NCBI RefSeq assembly: GCF_022775115.1
Contig: NZ_JALFLA010000017.1
Coordinates: 9,388 to 73,387 of the forward strand
Length of the DNA stretch: 64,000 nucleotides
Reading direction: 5' to 3'
From: Agathobaculum sp.
GTDB taxonomy: Bacteria; Bacillota; Clostridia; Oscillospirales; Butyricicoccaceae
Position numbers and translations under genes: made by a program. Below are positions 56,848 through 64,000 of the stretch, piece by piece; within the stretch, counting starts at the first letter, position 1, and the number at the start of each line of letters is the position of its first letter. The notes beneath the pieces were generated by a model. The model was not told where the DNA came from. It saw only the letters and a program-made list of their open reading frames with translations, and did not search any database.

Positions 56848-56848
56848 A

Positions 56849-57628
56849 ATGGGTAAAAAGGCATTGCTGGTGGTCAGCTTCGGCACGGTCGACCCGGTGG
56901 CGCGCCGCGCGATCGAAGCGGTCGAGACGCGGCTGCAAAGCGCGTTTCCGGGATATGATTTTTGCCGCGCGTTCACCTCGCGCATGGTGGCAAGGCGCAT
57001 CGAGCGCGAGCAGGGCGAGTACATCCCCGCGCCGGACGAGCAGCTTGCCCGTCTGGCGGAGGAGGGCTATGACGAGGTGCGCTGCCAGAGCCTGCACGTC
57101 ATCTTCGGGCAGGAGTATGACAAGCTGCGCGCGCAGCTCGAGCCGTATCGCGGCCGTTTTGGCAGTCTGACGCTGGGCAGGCCGCTTTTGTGGGACACGC
57201 CCGACTACCTGCGCCTGACGCGCGCGCTGCTGGCGGACATGCCGCCGCTCGCGCCGGACGAGGCCTGTGTGTTCATGGGCCACGGCGCCGAGCATCCGGC
57301 GAACGCGGCTTACGCGCTGGTCGAGAACAGCTTCCGCTACCACGGCGCCGAGCGGGTGTATGTCGGCACGGTCGAGGGCTTTCCGCATCTCGATTATGTG
57401 CTCGCGCGCCTGCACCGGTGCGAGGCGGCGCAGGTGCGGCTGTATCCGCTGATGCTCGTGGCGGGTGACCATGCGCAAAACGATTTGGCCGGGGCGGAGG
57501 AGGACAGCTGGAAGAGCCGGCTGGAAGGCGAGGGCTACACGGTCGAAACGCATCTCAAGGGCATGGGCGAGCTGCCCGCCGTCGGTGATATTTTCGCTGA
57601 CCACTGCCGCGCCGCAAAGGAAATATAA
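56849..57628 (+). CDS. cbiK: sirohydrochlorin cobaltochelatase
   Basis: LVVSFGT, RAFTS, FMGHG, GTVEG.P, PLMLVAGDHA.ND. Confidence 0.95.
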   Translation: MGKKALLVVSFGTVDPVARRAIEAVETRLQSAFPGYDFCRAFTSRMVARRIEREQGEYIPAPDEQLARLAEEGYDEVRCQSLHVIFGQEYDKLRAQLEPYRGRFGSLTLGRPLLWDTPDYLRLTRALLADMPPLAPDEACVFMGHGAEHPANAAYALVENSFRYHGAERVYVGTVEGFPHLDYVLARLHRCEAAQVRLYPLMLVAGDHAQNDLAGAEEDSWKSRLEGEGYTVETHLKGMGELPAVGDIFADHCRAAKEI

Positions 57629-57635
57629 GGAAAAG

Positions 57636-57667
57636 AAACGTCTGCTTTGCTGAGTGGACGTTTTTTT
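57636..57667 (+). terminator. terminator ending the cobamide operon
   Basis: AAACGTCTGCT / AGTGGACGTTT stem plus T-run. Confidence 0.75.
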
Positions 57668-57706
57668 ATACGCAAAATCTTGCGCGCGCCATTTCCGCTT
57701 CTATTT

Positions 57707-57740
57707 TCCGTCAAGCCCTGCGTATTATCTGGATTATACT
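57707..57740 (+). promoter_or_regulatory. possible Spo0A-activated spoIIE promoter
   Basis: TCCGTCA (reverse complement TGACGGA, 6/7 to the 0A box TGNCGAA) upstream of -10 TATACT (57735-57740). Confidence 0.35.
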
Positions 57741-57765
57741 GGAAAAGCAAGGAGGCATAACGGAA

Positions 57766-60111
57766 ATGGACAAGCAAAAGACCAAGAGAGCCGCGCCGCA
57801 GCTGCTCGGGCGCGCGGCCGCGTGGCTGGCACAGCTGGCGGGTGGAGAGCACGGGCATGTGCTGATCGTGGGCGCGCGGCGGTTTGTGCTGTGCGCGCTG
57901 CTCGCGCGCGGGACGGTGCTCGGCGGTTATGCCCCCTTTGGGTTGGCAGCCGCCTCGGCGATGATGGCGCACGGCGCGGGACTTTCGGCCATCGGCGGCC
58001 TGTTCTGCGGCACGATGCTGCTGGGCGGTTCGCTGCGCAGCGGCGTGTACGCGGCGGCGGCGCTGCTCGTTTTGTGCGTGATGAGCGTGTGCGCCGGCCT
58101 GAAGATCATAGAAAAGCGGTGGTTTGCCCCGCTGGTGGCTACGCTGGCCGGCGCGGCCTGCACCTTTGTGTTCCTGCCCGTGGGGCCCGCGCTGACCGCT
58201 GCGTCCGTGCTGACCTTCGTGGCCGTACAGGCGCTGACCTTTGGCTCATGCTGGGTGTACAGCGCGGCCTTCGCGCCCCCGCGCGAGGAGAACGACTGGC
58301 GGCGCACAGCGACGATGCTGGCCTTTGCGGCAAGCGTGCTGCTGTCGCTGGCCGACCTGGATTTGTTCTCGCTGCTGTCGCCCGCGCGGGCGGCGGCGCT
58401 GTTGCTCGTGCTGGCCTCGGCCTATCTGGGCGGCGCGGGGTTTGGCGCGGCGGCGGGCGTGACCTTTGGCGCGGCGATGGATCTGGCAGCCGGGCAGGGC
58501 GCGCTGTTCACCTGCTGCTATGGCTTGTGCGCGCTGGTCGCGGGGCTCTTCCGCGAGCAGGGGCGGACGTGGTTTGCGCTCTGCGCGCTGGCGGCCGGGC
58601 TATGCGCGGCCATGCTGGGCGTCGACCATGTGCTGTTCGTGCCGCTCATTTTGGAGCTGCTGTGCGCGGTCGCAGCGTTTGCGGCGCTGCCCGAGCCGGT
58701 GTGGCGCGCGCTGCGGCAGACGCTGCTGCCCGACATACCCTCCGGCGAGGCCGTGCGCCGCCGTGCGCGGCAAACCGTCGGCCAGTGCGCCACCGAAGCT
58801 GCGCAGGCGTTTTACGAGATGTACCTATCCATGCTCAACGGCATCCATGAGGGCAAGGCTGCGGGCGACCAGAATGTGCGCGTGGTGTTCGACCACGCGA
58901 GCGAGCGCGTGTGCAAAAGCTGTGTGCTTTGCTCGCAGTGCTGGCAGCGGGACTATATCACGACGCTGGCCGCGCTCAATGATGTGACCCAGCCCATGCT
59001 GCGGCGCGGGCGGGCTGAGCTGTCCGATTTTCCGCAGCATTTCGCCTCGCGCTGTGTGCATCTGCCCGAGTTGATGCGCGCCATCAACAGCGCGCTTTTC
59101 GCGCTGCGCGAGCGGCAGAGCCTGCGGCGGCAGCAGGAGGAAAACCAAAGCCTGCTCGCGCGGCAGTACGCGGGCATTACCGATATTTTACGTCAGCTCG
59201 GCGCCGAGGTCACGCGGGACGAGATCGCCCAGCCCATGCTGGAAAGGCAGGTGCGCCGTTATGCGGCGGCCTTTGGCTGGATCGACCGTGTCTGCGCGGT
59301 GCGGGACGGGCAGGGACGGCTGGTGATCGAGCTGTTCGGGCAGGGTACGGGCGATGTGCTGGCGCAGGCGAGCGGCTTTGCGGCCGGTCTTGGCGCGCTG
59401 CTCGGCGTTGGGCTGACCGAGCCCAAGCTGGTCGGTGAGGGTGAGGACGCGCATCTCATTCTGCGCGAGCGCGCGCCCTTTCGCGCGGTCGTCGGTATCG
59501 GTAGGCAGCAGAAGGAGGGCGCGTCGGTCTCGGGCGACAGCGGCTGCTATTTTGTCACCGACGCGGGCGCTGCCTGCCTGCTGCTGGCCGATGGCATGGG
59601 TACGGGCGCGGCCGCCGCGCAGGACAGCCGGATGCTGGTCGGCTCGATGGAGCGCTTTCTGCGCGCGGGCATTTCAGTGGGGGACGCGCTGCGCGCCGTT
59701 TCGCCCGCGCTGCGCCTGCGCTCGGACGGGATGCGGTTCGCCACGCTCGACGCGCTGACCGTCGACCTGTTCACCGGGCGGGCGGAAAGCCTAAAATGCG
59801 GCGCGGCGCCGTCCTATCTGCGCGCGGGCGGGCGCTGGACGGTGCTGACCGCGGGTGCGCTGCCCATCGGCCTTGCCGAGGAGGACGCGCTGGGCGAGCC
59901 GGTGCCGCTGCGCCTTGGTCACGGCGACTTGTTTGTCATGCTGTCCGATGGGGTCTCGGATGGCGCGGACGACGGCTGGGTGCGCGCGCTGCTCGAAAAG
60001 CACGCAGGCGAGAGCCCTAAGGAGCTGGCCGCGCGTCTGGTGGTCGAGGCCAAGGGGCGTGGGCACGACGACGACCGCACCGCGCTGGTCATGCGGCTGG
60101 AAAAGATATGA
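57766..60111 (+). CDS. spoIIE: stage II sporulation protein E (PP2C phosphatase)
   Basis: About 10 TM N-terminus with GYAPFG; CKSCVLCSQCW; PP2C motifs VSGDS, LADGMG, SDGV, DDRT. Confidence 0.88.
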   Translation: MDKQKTKRAAPQLLGRAAAWLAQLAGGEHGHVLIVGARRFVLCALLARGTVLGGYAPFGLAAASAMMAHGAGLSAIGGLFCGTMLLGGSLRSGVYAAAALLVLCVMSVCAGLKIIEKRWFAPLVATLAGAACTFVFLPVGPALTAASVLTFVAVQALTFGSCWVYSAAFAPPREENDWRRTATMLAFAASVLLSLADLDLFSLLSPARAAALLLVLASAYLGGAGFGAAAGVTFGAAMDLAAGQGALFTCCYGLCALVAGLFREQGRTWFALCALAAGLCAAMLGVDHVLFVPLILELLCAVAAFAALPEPVWRALRQTLLPDIPSGEAVRRRARQTVGQCATEAAQAFYEMYLSMLNGIHEGKAAGDQNVRVVFDHASERVCKSCVLCSQCWQRDYITTLAALNDVTQPMLRRGRAELSDFPQHFASRCVHLPELMRAINSALFALRERQSLRRQQEENQSLLARQYAGITDILRQLGAEVTRDEIAQPMLERQVRRYAAAFGWIDRVCAVRDGQGRLVIELFGQGTGDVLAQASGFAAGLGALLGVGLTEPKLVGEGEDAHLILRERAPFRAVVGIGRQQKEGASVSGDSGCYFVTDAGAACLLLADGMGTGAAAAQDSRMLVGSMERFLRAGISVGDALRAVSPALRLRSDGMRFATLDALTVDLFTGRAESLKCGAAPSYLRAGGRWTVLTAGALPIGLAEEDALGEPVPLRLGHGDLFVMLSDGVSDGADDGWVRALLEKHAGESPKELAARLVVEAKGRGHDDDRTALVMRLEKI

Positions 60112-60131
60112 GCCGGCGCCGCCATCGGCGC

Positions 60132-60160
60132 GTTTAACCCGCCGCCGCGTTGGGCATACT
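60132..60160 (+). promoter_or_regulatory. sigma-F/G-type promoter
   Basis: GTTTA (60132-60136), 15 bp, GGGCATACT (60152-60160). Confidence 0.55.
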
Positions 60161-60178
60161 CTCCGCAAAAGGGAGGGA

Positions 60179-60448
60179 ATGGACATGGTAAAAGGGATCA
60201 GTCGGCGTGTGGTCGTTGTGCGGCCGGAGGGGCAGGGCGTGTTTGAGCAGGCCATCTTCCTGCTGCGGGACACGGCCGCGCCGCGCGGCGATATCGTGCG
60301 CGAGGCCTGCCGCATTGCCAACGGCTATCTCGCTGTGCGCACCGGGCGGCCGCGCCGGCGCTTTACGCTGCGGCAAATGCTCGGCGCGGGCGCGCTTGGC
60401 GCGGCGGCAGCCAGTGCGGTCTGGCTGGCCGTGCTGCTGATTTTGTAA
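60179..60448 (+). CDS. conserved-looking hypothetical protein with a C-terminal TM anchor
   Basis: GGGAGGG RBS; MVKGISRRVVVV..FEQAIFLL; hydrophobic C-terminus. Confidence 0.75.
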   Translation: MDMVKGISRRVVVVRPEGQGVFEQAIFLLRDTAAPRGDIVREACRIANGYLAVRTGRPRRRFTLRQMLGAGALGAAAASAVWLAVLLIL

Positions 60449-60567
60449 ATAGATTGAAAAATGCCGCTCCCGTCTCTTGTGTTGGCGGGAGCTGCTTGCT
60501 ATACTATATAATATACACGCCGCGCCGGGCAGGCCGGTGGTCTGCATGGGAAAGCGGGGATGGAGCT

Positions 60568-61074
60568 ATGACAGCCGAGCAGTTCTTCACATTGTTTCAT
60601 CAATATGGGCTGATTCTCATCTGTACGGTCATCTTCTGCGAGTACATGAACCTGCCGGGCTTTCCGGCGGGCATCATCATGCCGTGTATCGGCGTGCTCA
60701 TCGCGCAGAGCGAGCTGTCGCTGCTGGTCACGCTGGCGCTGAGCGTCTGCTTCGGGCTGCTGGGCAGTCTGGTGATCTACGGCCTTTGCTACTGGGGCGG
60801 TGAGCCGATCATGCAGCGCCTATTCGGCAAGAGTAAGAACTTCCGCGCCTTTGTCGAGCGCTGCCACCATTATATCAACGCACACCGCGGCAGGGGACTG
60901 GCGCTCTGCCGCCTGATCCCGGTGCTGCGCACGATCGTATCCATCCCGGCGGGGCTGATTCGTATGCCGGTGCAGTGGTTCATCGGCTGGTCGGCGCTCG
61001 GCATCGCGGCATGGAACACCGCGCTGATTTCATTCGGGTATTTTTTCAGCGAAAAGATATTGTCCATGCTGTGA
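60568..61074 (+). CDS. DedA-family membrane protein
   Basis: FCEYMNLPGFPAGIIMP, CRLIPVLRTIVSIPAG. Confidence 0.9.
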   Translation: MTAEQFFTLFHQYGLILICTVIFCEYMNLPGFPAGIIMPCIGVLIAQSELSLLVTLALSVCFGLLGSLVIYGLCYWGGEPIMQRLFGKSKNFRAFVERCHHYINAHRGRGLALCRLIPVLRTIVSIPAGLIRMPVQWFIGWSALGIAAWNTALISFGYFFSEKILSML

Positions 61075-61095
61075 GGCAAAACTGCATATACGCCG

Positions 61096-61124
61096 CGCGG
61101 GAAGCCTTGGTTTCCCGCGTTTTT
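61096..61124 (+). terminator. terminator after the DedA gene
   Basis: CGCGGGAA / TTCCCGCG stem plus T5. Confidence 0.7.
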
Positions 61125-61240
61125 CGTTGGATGTTTTCGGCAGAATACGGAAGCGATTGTCACCACATTGAAATTTGCGGCGGATAGGGTGATATGATAT
61201 AATATAATGCGTTAATTTATACAATATGGGGGGATGATCC

Positions 61241-62212
61241 GTGCACATCGACAAGGTGCCGCTTGCGGGGCGGCTGGTGCTCGCGCCGATGGCGGGCGTG
61301 ACCGACCGCGCCTTTCGGCAGGTTTGCCGGGCGCATGGCGCGGCGCTGACCGTGACCGAGATGGTCTCGGCCAAGGCGCTGTGCTTTGGCGATAAAAAAA
61401 CCCCCTCTCTGCTCGCCCTGTACGAGGGAGAGCACCCTGCCGCTGTGCAGATATTCGGCCACGAGCCGGACAGCATGGCCGAGGGAGCCAAGATCGTGCG
61501 CGCGCTTTCGGGCTGCGATATCATTGATATCAATATGGGCTGCCCCGCGCCCAAGATCGCGGGCAACGGAGACGGCGCGGCGCTGCTGCGCGACCCCGCG
61601 CTGGCCGGCCGTGTGATCGAGGCCGTGTGCCGCGCGGTCGATGTGCCGGTAACGGTCAAGTTCCGCAAGGGCTGGGATCAGGCGAGCGTCAACTGCGTGG
61701 CGTTTGCCCGCGTGTGTGAGCAGGCGGGCGCGTCAGCCGTCGCGGTGCACGGGCGCACCCGCGCGCAGCAGTACAGCGGACAGGCCGACTGGGACGCGGT
61801 CAAGGCGGTAAAGCAAGCCGTGTCCATCCCGGTGATCGCCAACGGAGACGTATTCGAGCCGGAGGATGTGCCGCGCATCCTGGCGCACACCGGCGCCGAT
61901 TTGGTGATGATCGGCCGGGGCGCGCTGGGCGATCCATGGATTTTCGAGCGGGCAAACGCGCTGCTGCAAACCGGCGTATGTCCGCCACTGCCCCCCTTTG
62001 CCGCGCGGATTGACACGGCCGTGCGGCAGATCGAGCTGGCCGCCGGGTACAAGGGCGAGCGCGTCGCGCTGCTCGAAGCGCGCCGCCATGTCAACTGGTA
62101 TCTCAAGCGGCAGAGCGGGCTGAAGGCGTTCAAGGCGCGCGTTTGTGCGCTGGAAACGCTCGACGAGCTGCGCGCGCTGGCCGAGGAGCTGAAGCAGGCG
62201 GCCGGCGCGTGA
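61241..62212 (+). CDS. dusB: tRNA-dihydrouridine synthase B
   Basis: LAPMAGVTD, DINMGCPAPK, VKFRKGWD, HGRTRAQ, ANGD, MIGRG. Confidence 0.95.
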   Translation: MHIDKVPLAGRLVLAPMAGVTDRAFRQVCRAHGAALTVTEMVSAKALCFGDKKTPSLLALYEGEHPAAVQIFGHEPDSMAEGAKIVRALSGCDIIDINMGCPAPKIAGNGDGAALLRDPALAGRVIEAVCRAVDVPVTVKFRKGWDQASVNCVAFARVCEQAGASAVAVHGRTRAQQYSGQADWDAVKAVKQAVSIPVIANGDVFEPEDVPRILAHTGADLVMIGRGALGDPWIFERANALLQTGVCPPLPPFAARIDTAVRQIELAAGYKGERVALLEARRHVNWYLKRQSGLKAFKARVCALETLDELRALAEELKQAAGA

Positions 62213-62251
62213 CCGCCTAAACGACGGCAGACGGGCAAGGAGGCACTGTTT

Positions 62252-62854
62252 GTGGACGAAAAGCATATACTGGCCAAGGCGCGCCGTGGCGAGACAGATG
62301 CCTTTGAAGAACTGGTAAGGCTGTATGAAAAGCGCGTTTACGCGGTGGCACTGCGCTCGTCCGGCTCGCCGGAGGACGCGGCCGATATCACGCAGGAGGT
62401 ATTTCTGCGCGCGTGGCGCTCGATTGAGGGCTTTCGCGGGGACAGCGGCTTTGCCACTTGGCTGTTCCGCATCACAATGAACCTGTGCGTTGACCATGCG
62501 CGCCGCAGGCAGGCGCAGCCGCAGACCCAGCCGCTCGCGGCGGACGACGAGGCCGAGCGCCCCATCCCGGACAGCGCGCCCACGCCCGAGGAGCAGTTGG
62601 AAAACAGCGAGCTTGGCCGCGAGCTTGCCGCCGCGCTCGGTGAGGTGAGCGGCGAGCACCGGCAGATCGTGCTGCTGCGCGACGTGGCCGGGCTGAGCTA
62701 TACCGAGATCGCCGAAACGCTGGAGATCAACGAGGGTACGGTCAAATCGCGCCTGTCGCGCGCCCGGCTGGCGCTGCGCACCGTGCTGCTGCGGCGGGGG
62801 AACCTTTTGCAGCGCCCTGCGTCTAACGGGACGAAAGGAGGCGGGCAGGCATGA
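62252..62854 (+). CDS. ECF RNA polymerase sigma factor
   Basis: AFEELVRLY, DAADITQEVF, FATWLFRI, SYTEIAE..EGTVKSRLSRAR. Confidence 0.93.
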   Translation: MDEKHILAKARRGETDAFEELVRLYEKRVYAVALRSSGSPEDAADITQEVFLRAWRSIEGFRGDSGFATWLFRITMNLCVDHARRRQAQPQTQPLAADDEAERPIPDSAPTPEEQLENSELGRELAAALGEVSGEHRQIVLLRDVAGLSYTEIAETLEINEGTVKSRLSRARLALRTVLLRRGNLLQRPASNGTKGGGQA

Positions 62855-63783
62855 GCGATCACGAATATTTTGAGCAGCTTTGCGCTGCCGGCATAGACGG
62901 CGCGCTGACCGCGGCCGAGCGGGAAAAGCTGGAGGCGCATCTGGCCGAGTGCCCCGCGTGCGCCGCGCTGGAGCGCGACCTGCGTGCGATGCAGGCGCTG
63001 CTTGCCGTACCCGACGAGCCGCCCGCCGCGCTGCATGAGCGCATCATGGAAAGCGCCCGGCAGCAGACGCGGCTGCGCGTGGTGCAGCCGGAAAAGCCGG
63101 CGCGCCGCCTGCCGGTGTTCACTATGCTGGCAGCGGCGGCGGTCGTCGTGCTGGTCGTGCTGGGCGGCGGCGTCGGCCAGATGTTCAACATGGGCGCGGG
63201 ACAGGCGGCGGGCGAAGCGGCCGCGGCGGGCGATTCCGCAGCGATGGCCGCCCCGGCAGCCGGCGGCATGGCGGAGCAGATCGAGCGCGCGGCCGAGGCT
63301 GCGTCAGGCGAGACGGGTATGCGCGCACTGGACGCGGGCGGCACGACAGACGCGGCGAAGGATACCGGCGCGTCCGCTCAGGCGGAGGGAGAGACAGCCG
63401 CCGAAGCGCCTGCCGATATGTCTGTGGCCGCGGCCGCACCCGCGCAGGTGCAGAGCGCGGAGGAGCAAAAGGCGCAGGATGCACCGTCCGCCGTGCCGTT
63501 TGCCGCGATGCCGGCCATTCGCCTGCCGGACAGCCTGCAAGGCACGAGCGCGGCACACTGTTATCTGGCGCAGGGCGCGGGCGAGCTGCCCGATATCGGC
63601 GGTGAGCTGCTGATGCAGGAGGACGGCGTGGCCGTGTTCTCGCTGACCAACAGCATGGGCGTGATCGAGGACACGCTGCGCGCGGTCGAGGAGGCTGGCT
63701 ATGACGTGTCGGCCTATGACGACGTCGGACTGACGATAGACAGCAAGGCCGAAAAGTGGATTTTGATCGTGGTAAGCGGCTGA
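62851..63783 (+). CDS. zf-HC2 (ZAS) transmembrane anti-sigma factor
   Basis: HLAECPAC (HxxxCxxC); single TM; coupled to the sigma gene. Confidence 0.88.
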   Translation: MSDHEYFEQLCAAGIDGALTAAEREKLEAHLAECPACAALERDLRAMQALLAVPDEPPAALHERIMESARQQTRLRVVQPEKPARRLPVFTMLAAAAVVVLVVLGGGVGQMFNMGAGQAAGEAAAAGDSAAMAAPAAGGMAEQIERAAEAASGETGMRALDAGGTTDAAKDTGASAQAEGETAAEAPADMSVAAAAPAQVQSAEEQKAQDAPSAVPFAAMPAIRLPDSLQGTSAAHCYLAQGAGELPDIGGELLMQEDGVAVFSLTNSMGVIEDTLRAVEEAGYDVSAYDDVGLTIDSKAEKWILIVVSG

Positions 63784-63806
63784 GGAGGGCTTTTGCCCTC
63801 CTTTTT
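63784..63806 (+). terminator. terminator after the anti-sigma gene
   Basis: GGAGGGC / GCCCTCC stem plus T5. Confidence 0.75.
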
Positions 63807-63890
63807 GCCGCCGCGCGGCGGGCACGCCGGGTCAGCTGCGTGGGATTTGGAGATTTCCACAAAATTTTTGCGGAATTTTTGTGAAAGCGC

Positions 63891-64000
63891 TTGACTTTAT
63901 AAAGACCTTGTAGTAATCTATAAAAGCACCTGCGAAAGCGGGGGAAAACGCGATGATGCCGGAGATTGCTGCTCTGCGAGCAGGTAACTTCGGCGGAGTA
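63891..64000 (+). promoter_or_regulatory. strong promoter and start of a structured 5' leader (runs off the window)
   Basis: AT-rich upstream tract; TTGACT, 17 bp, TAATCT; hairpins CCTGC-GAAA-GCGGG and GCCGGAG..TGCTC-TGC-GAGCA..CTTCGGC. Confidence 0.55.

Noticed and set aside
63925-63950. c-di-GMP-I riboswitch suggested by the GAAA tetraloop hairpin
   Set aside because: Lacks the GGCAAA and GACGCAAAG flanks and the P3 receptor

Overview
GC-rich chromosomal window from a spore-forming, anaerobic clostridial Firmicute; an Oscillospiraceae/Butyricicoccaceae-like gut organism is my inference from gene content and style. Left half: housekeeping and envelope genes (ispE, O-antigen-ligase-like gene, ferredoxin, TrxB-like reductase, dat, queH, rsmE, feoAB, prmA, S41 protease, argS, murI, ddl), four tRNAs (Met, Glu, Val, Arg-CCG), a PadR-DUF1700-DUF4097-PspC stress module, a hemerythrin-CheX-like fusion, and an OmpR-type two-component system followed by two PepSY proteins. 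From about 32.3 to 57.6 kb lies a near-complete anaerobic de novo cobamide cluster (cbiQO, then a cobalamin riboswitch, cbiMN, and cbi/hem/cob genes). It is followed by spoIIE, dedA, dusB, an ECF sigma/anti-sigma pair and the start of a structured leader. No CRISPR array, transposase, integrase or rRNA was seen. Best leads: (1) a 75-aa mini-SpoIIR-like gene with a consensus sigma-F promoter; (2) an unannotated type I toxin-antitoxin-like locus behind tRNA-Arg; (3) a MetH-like pseudo-methyltransferase lacking its Zn ligands; (4) an AT-rich solo gene bracketed by related 12-bp quasi-palindromic sites; (5) a hemerythrin-CheX fusion; (6) a TCS-PepSY module with a pho-box-like repeat. Start codons were refined by eye from RBS position; no database searches were run.
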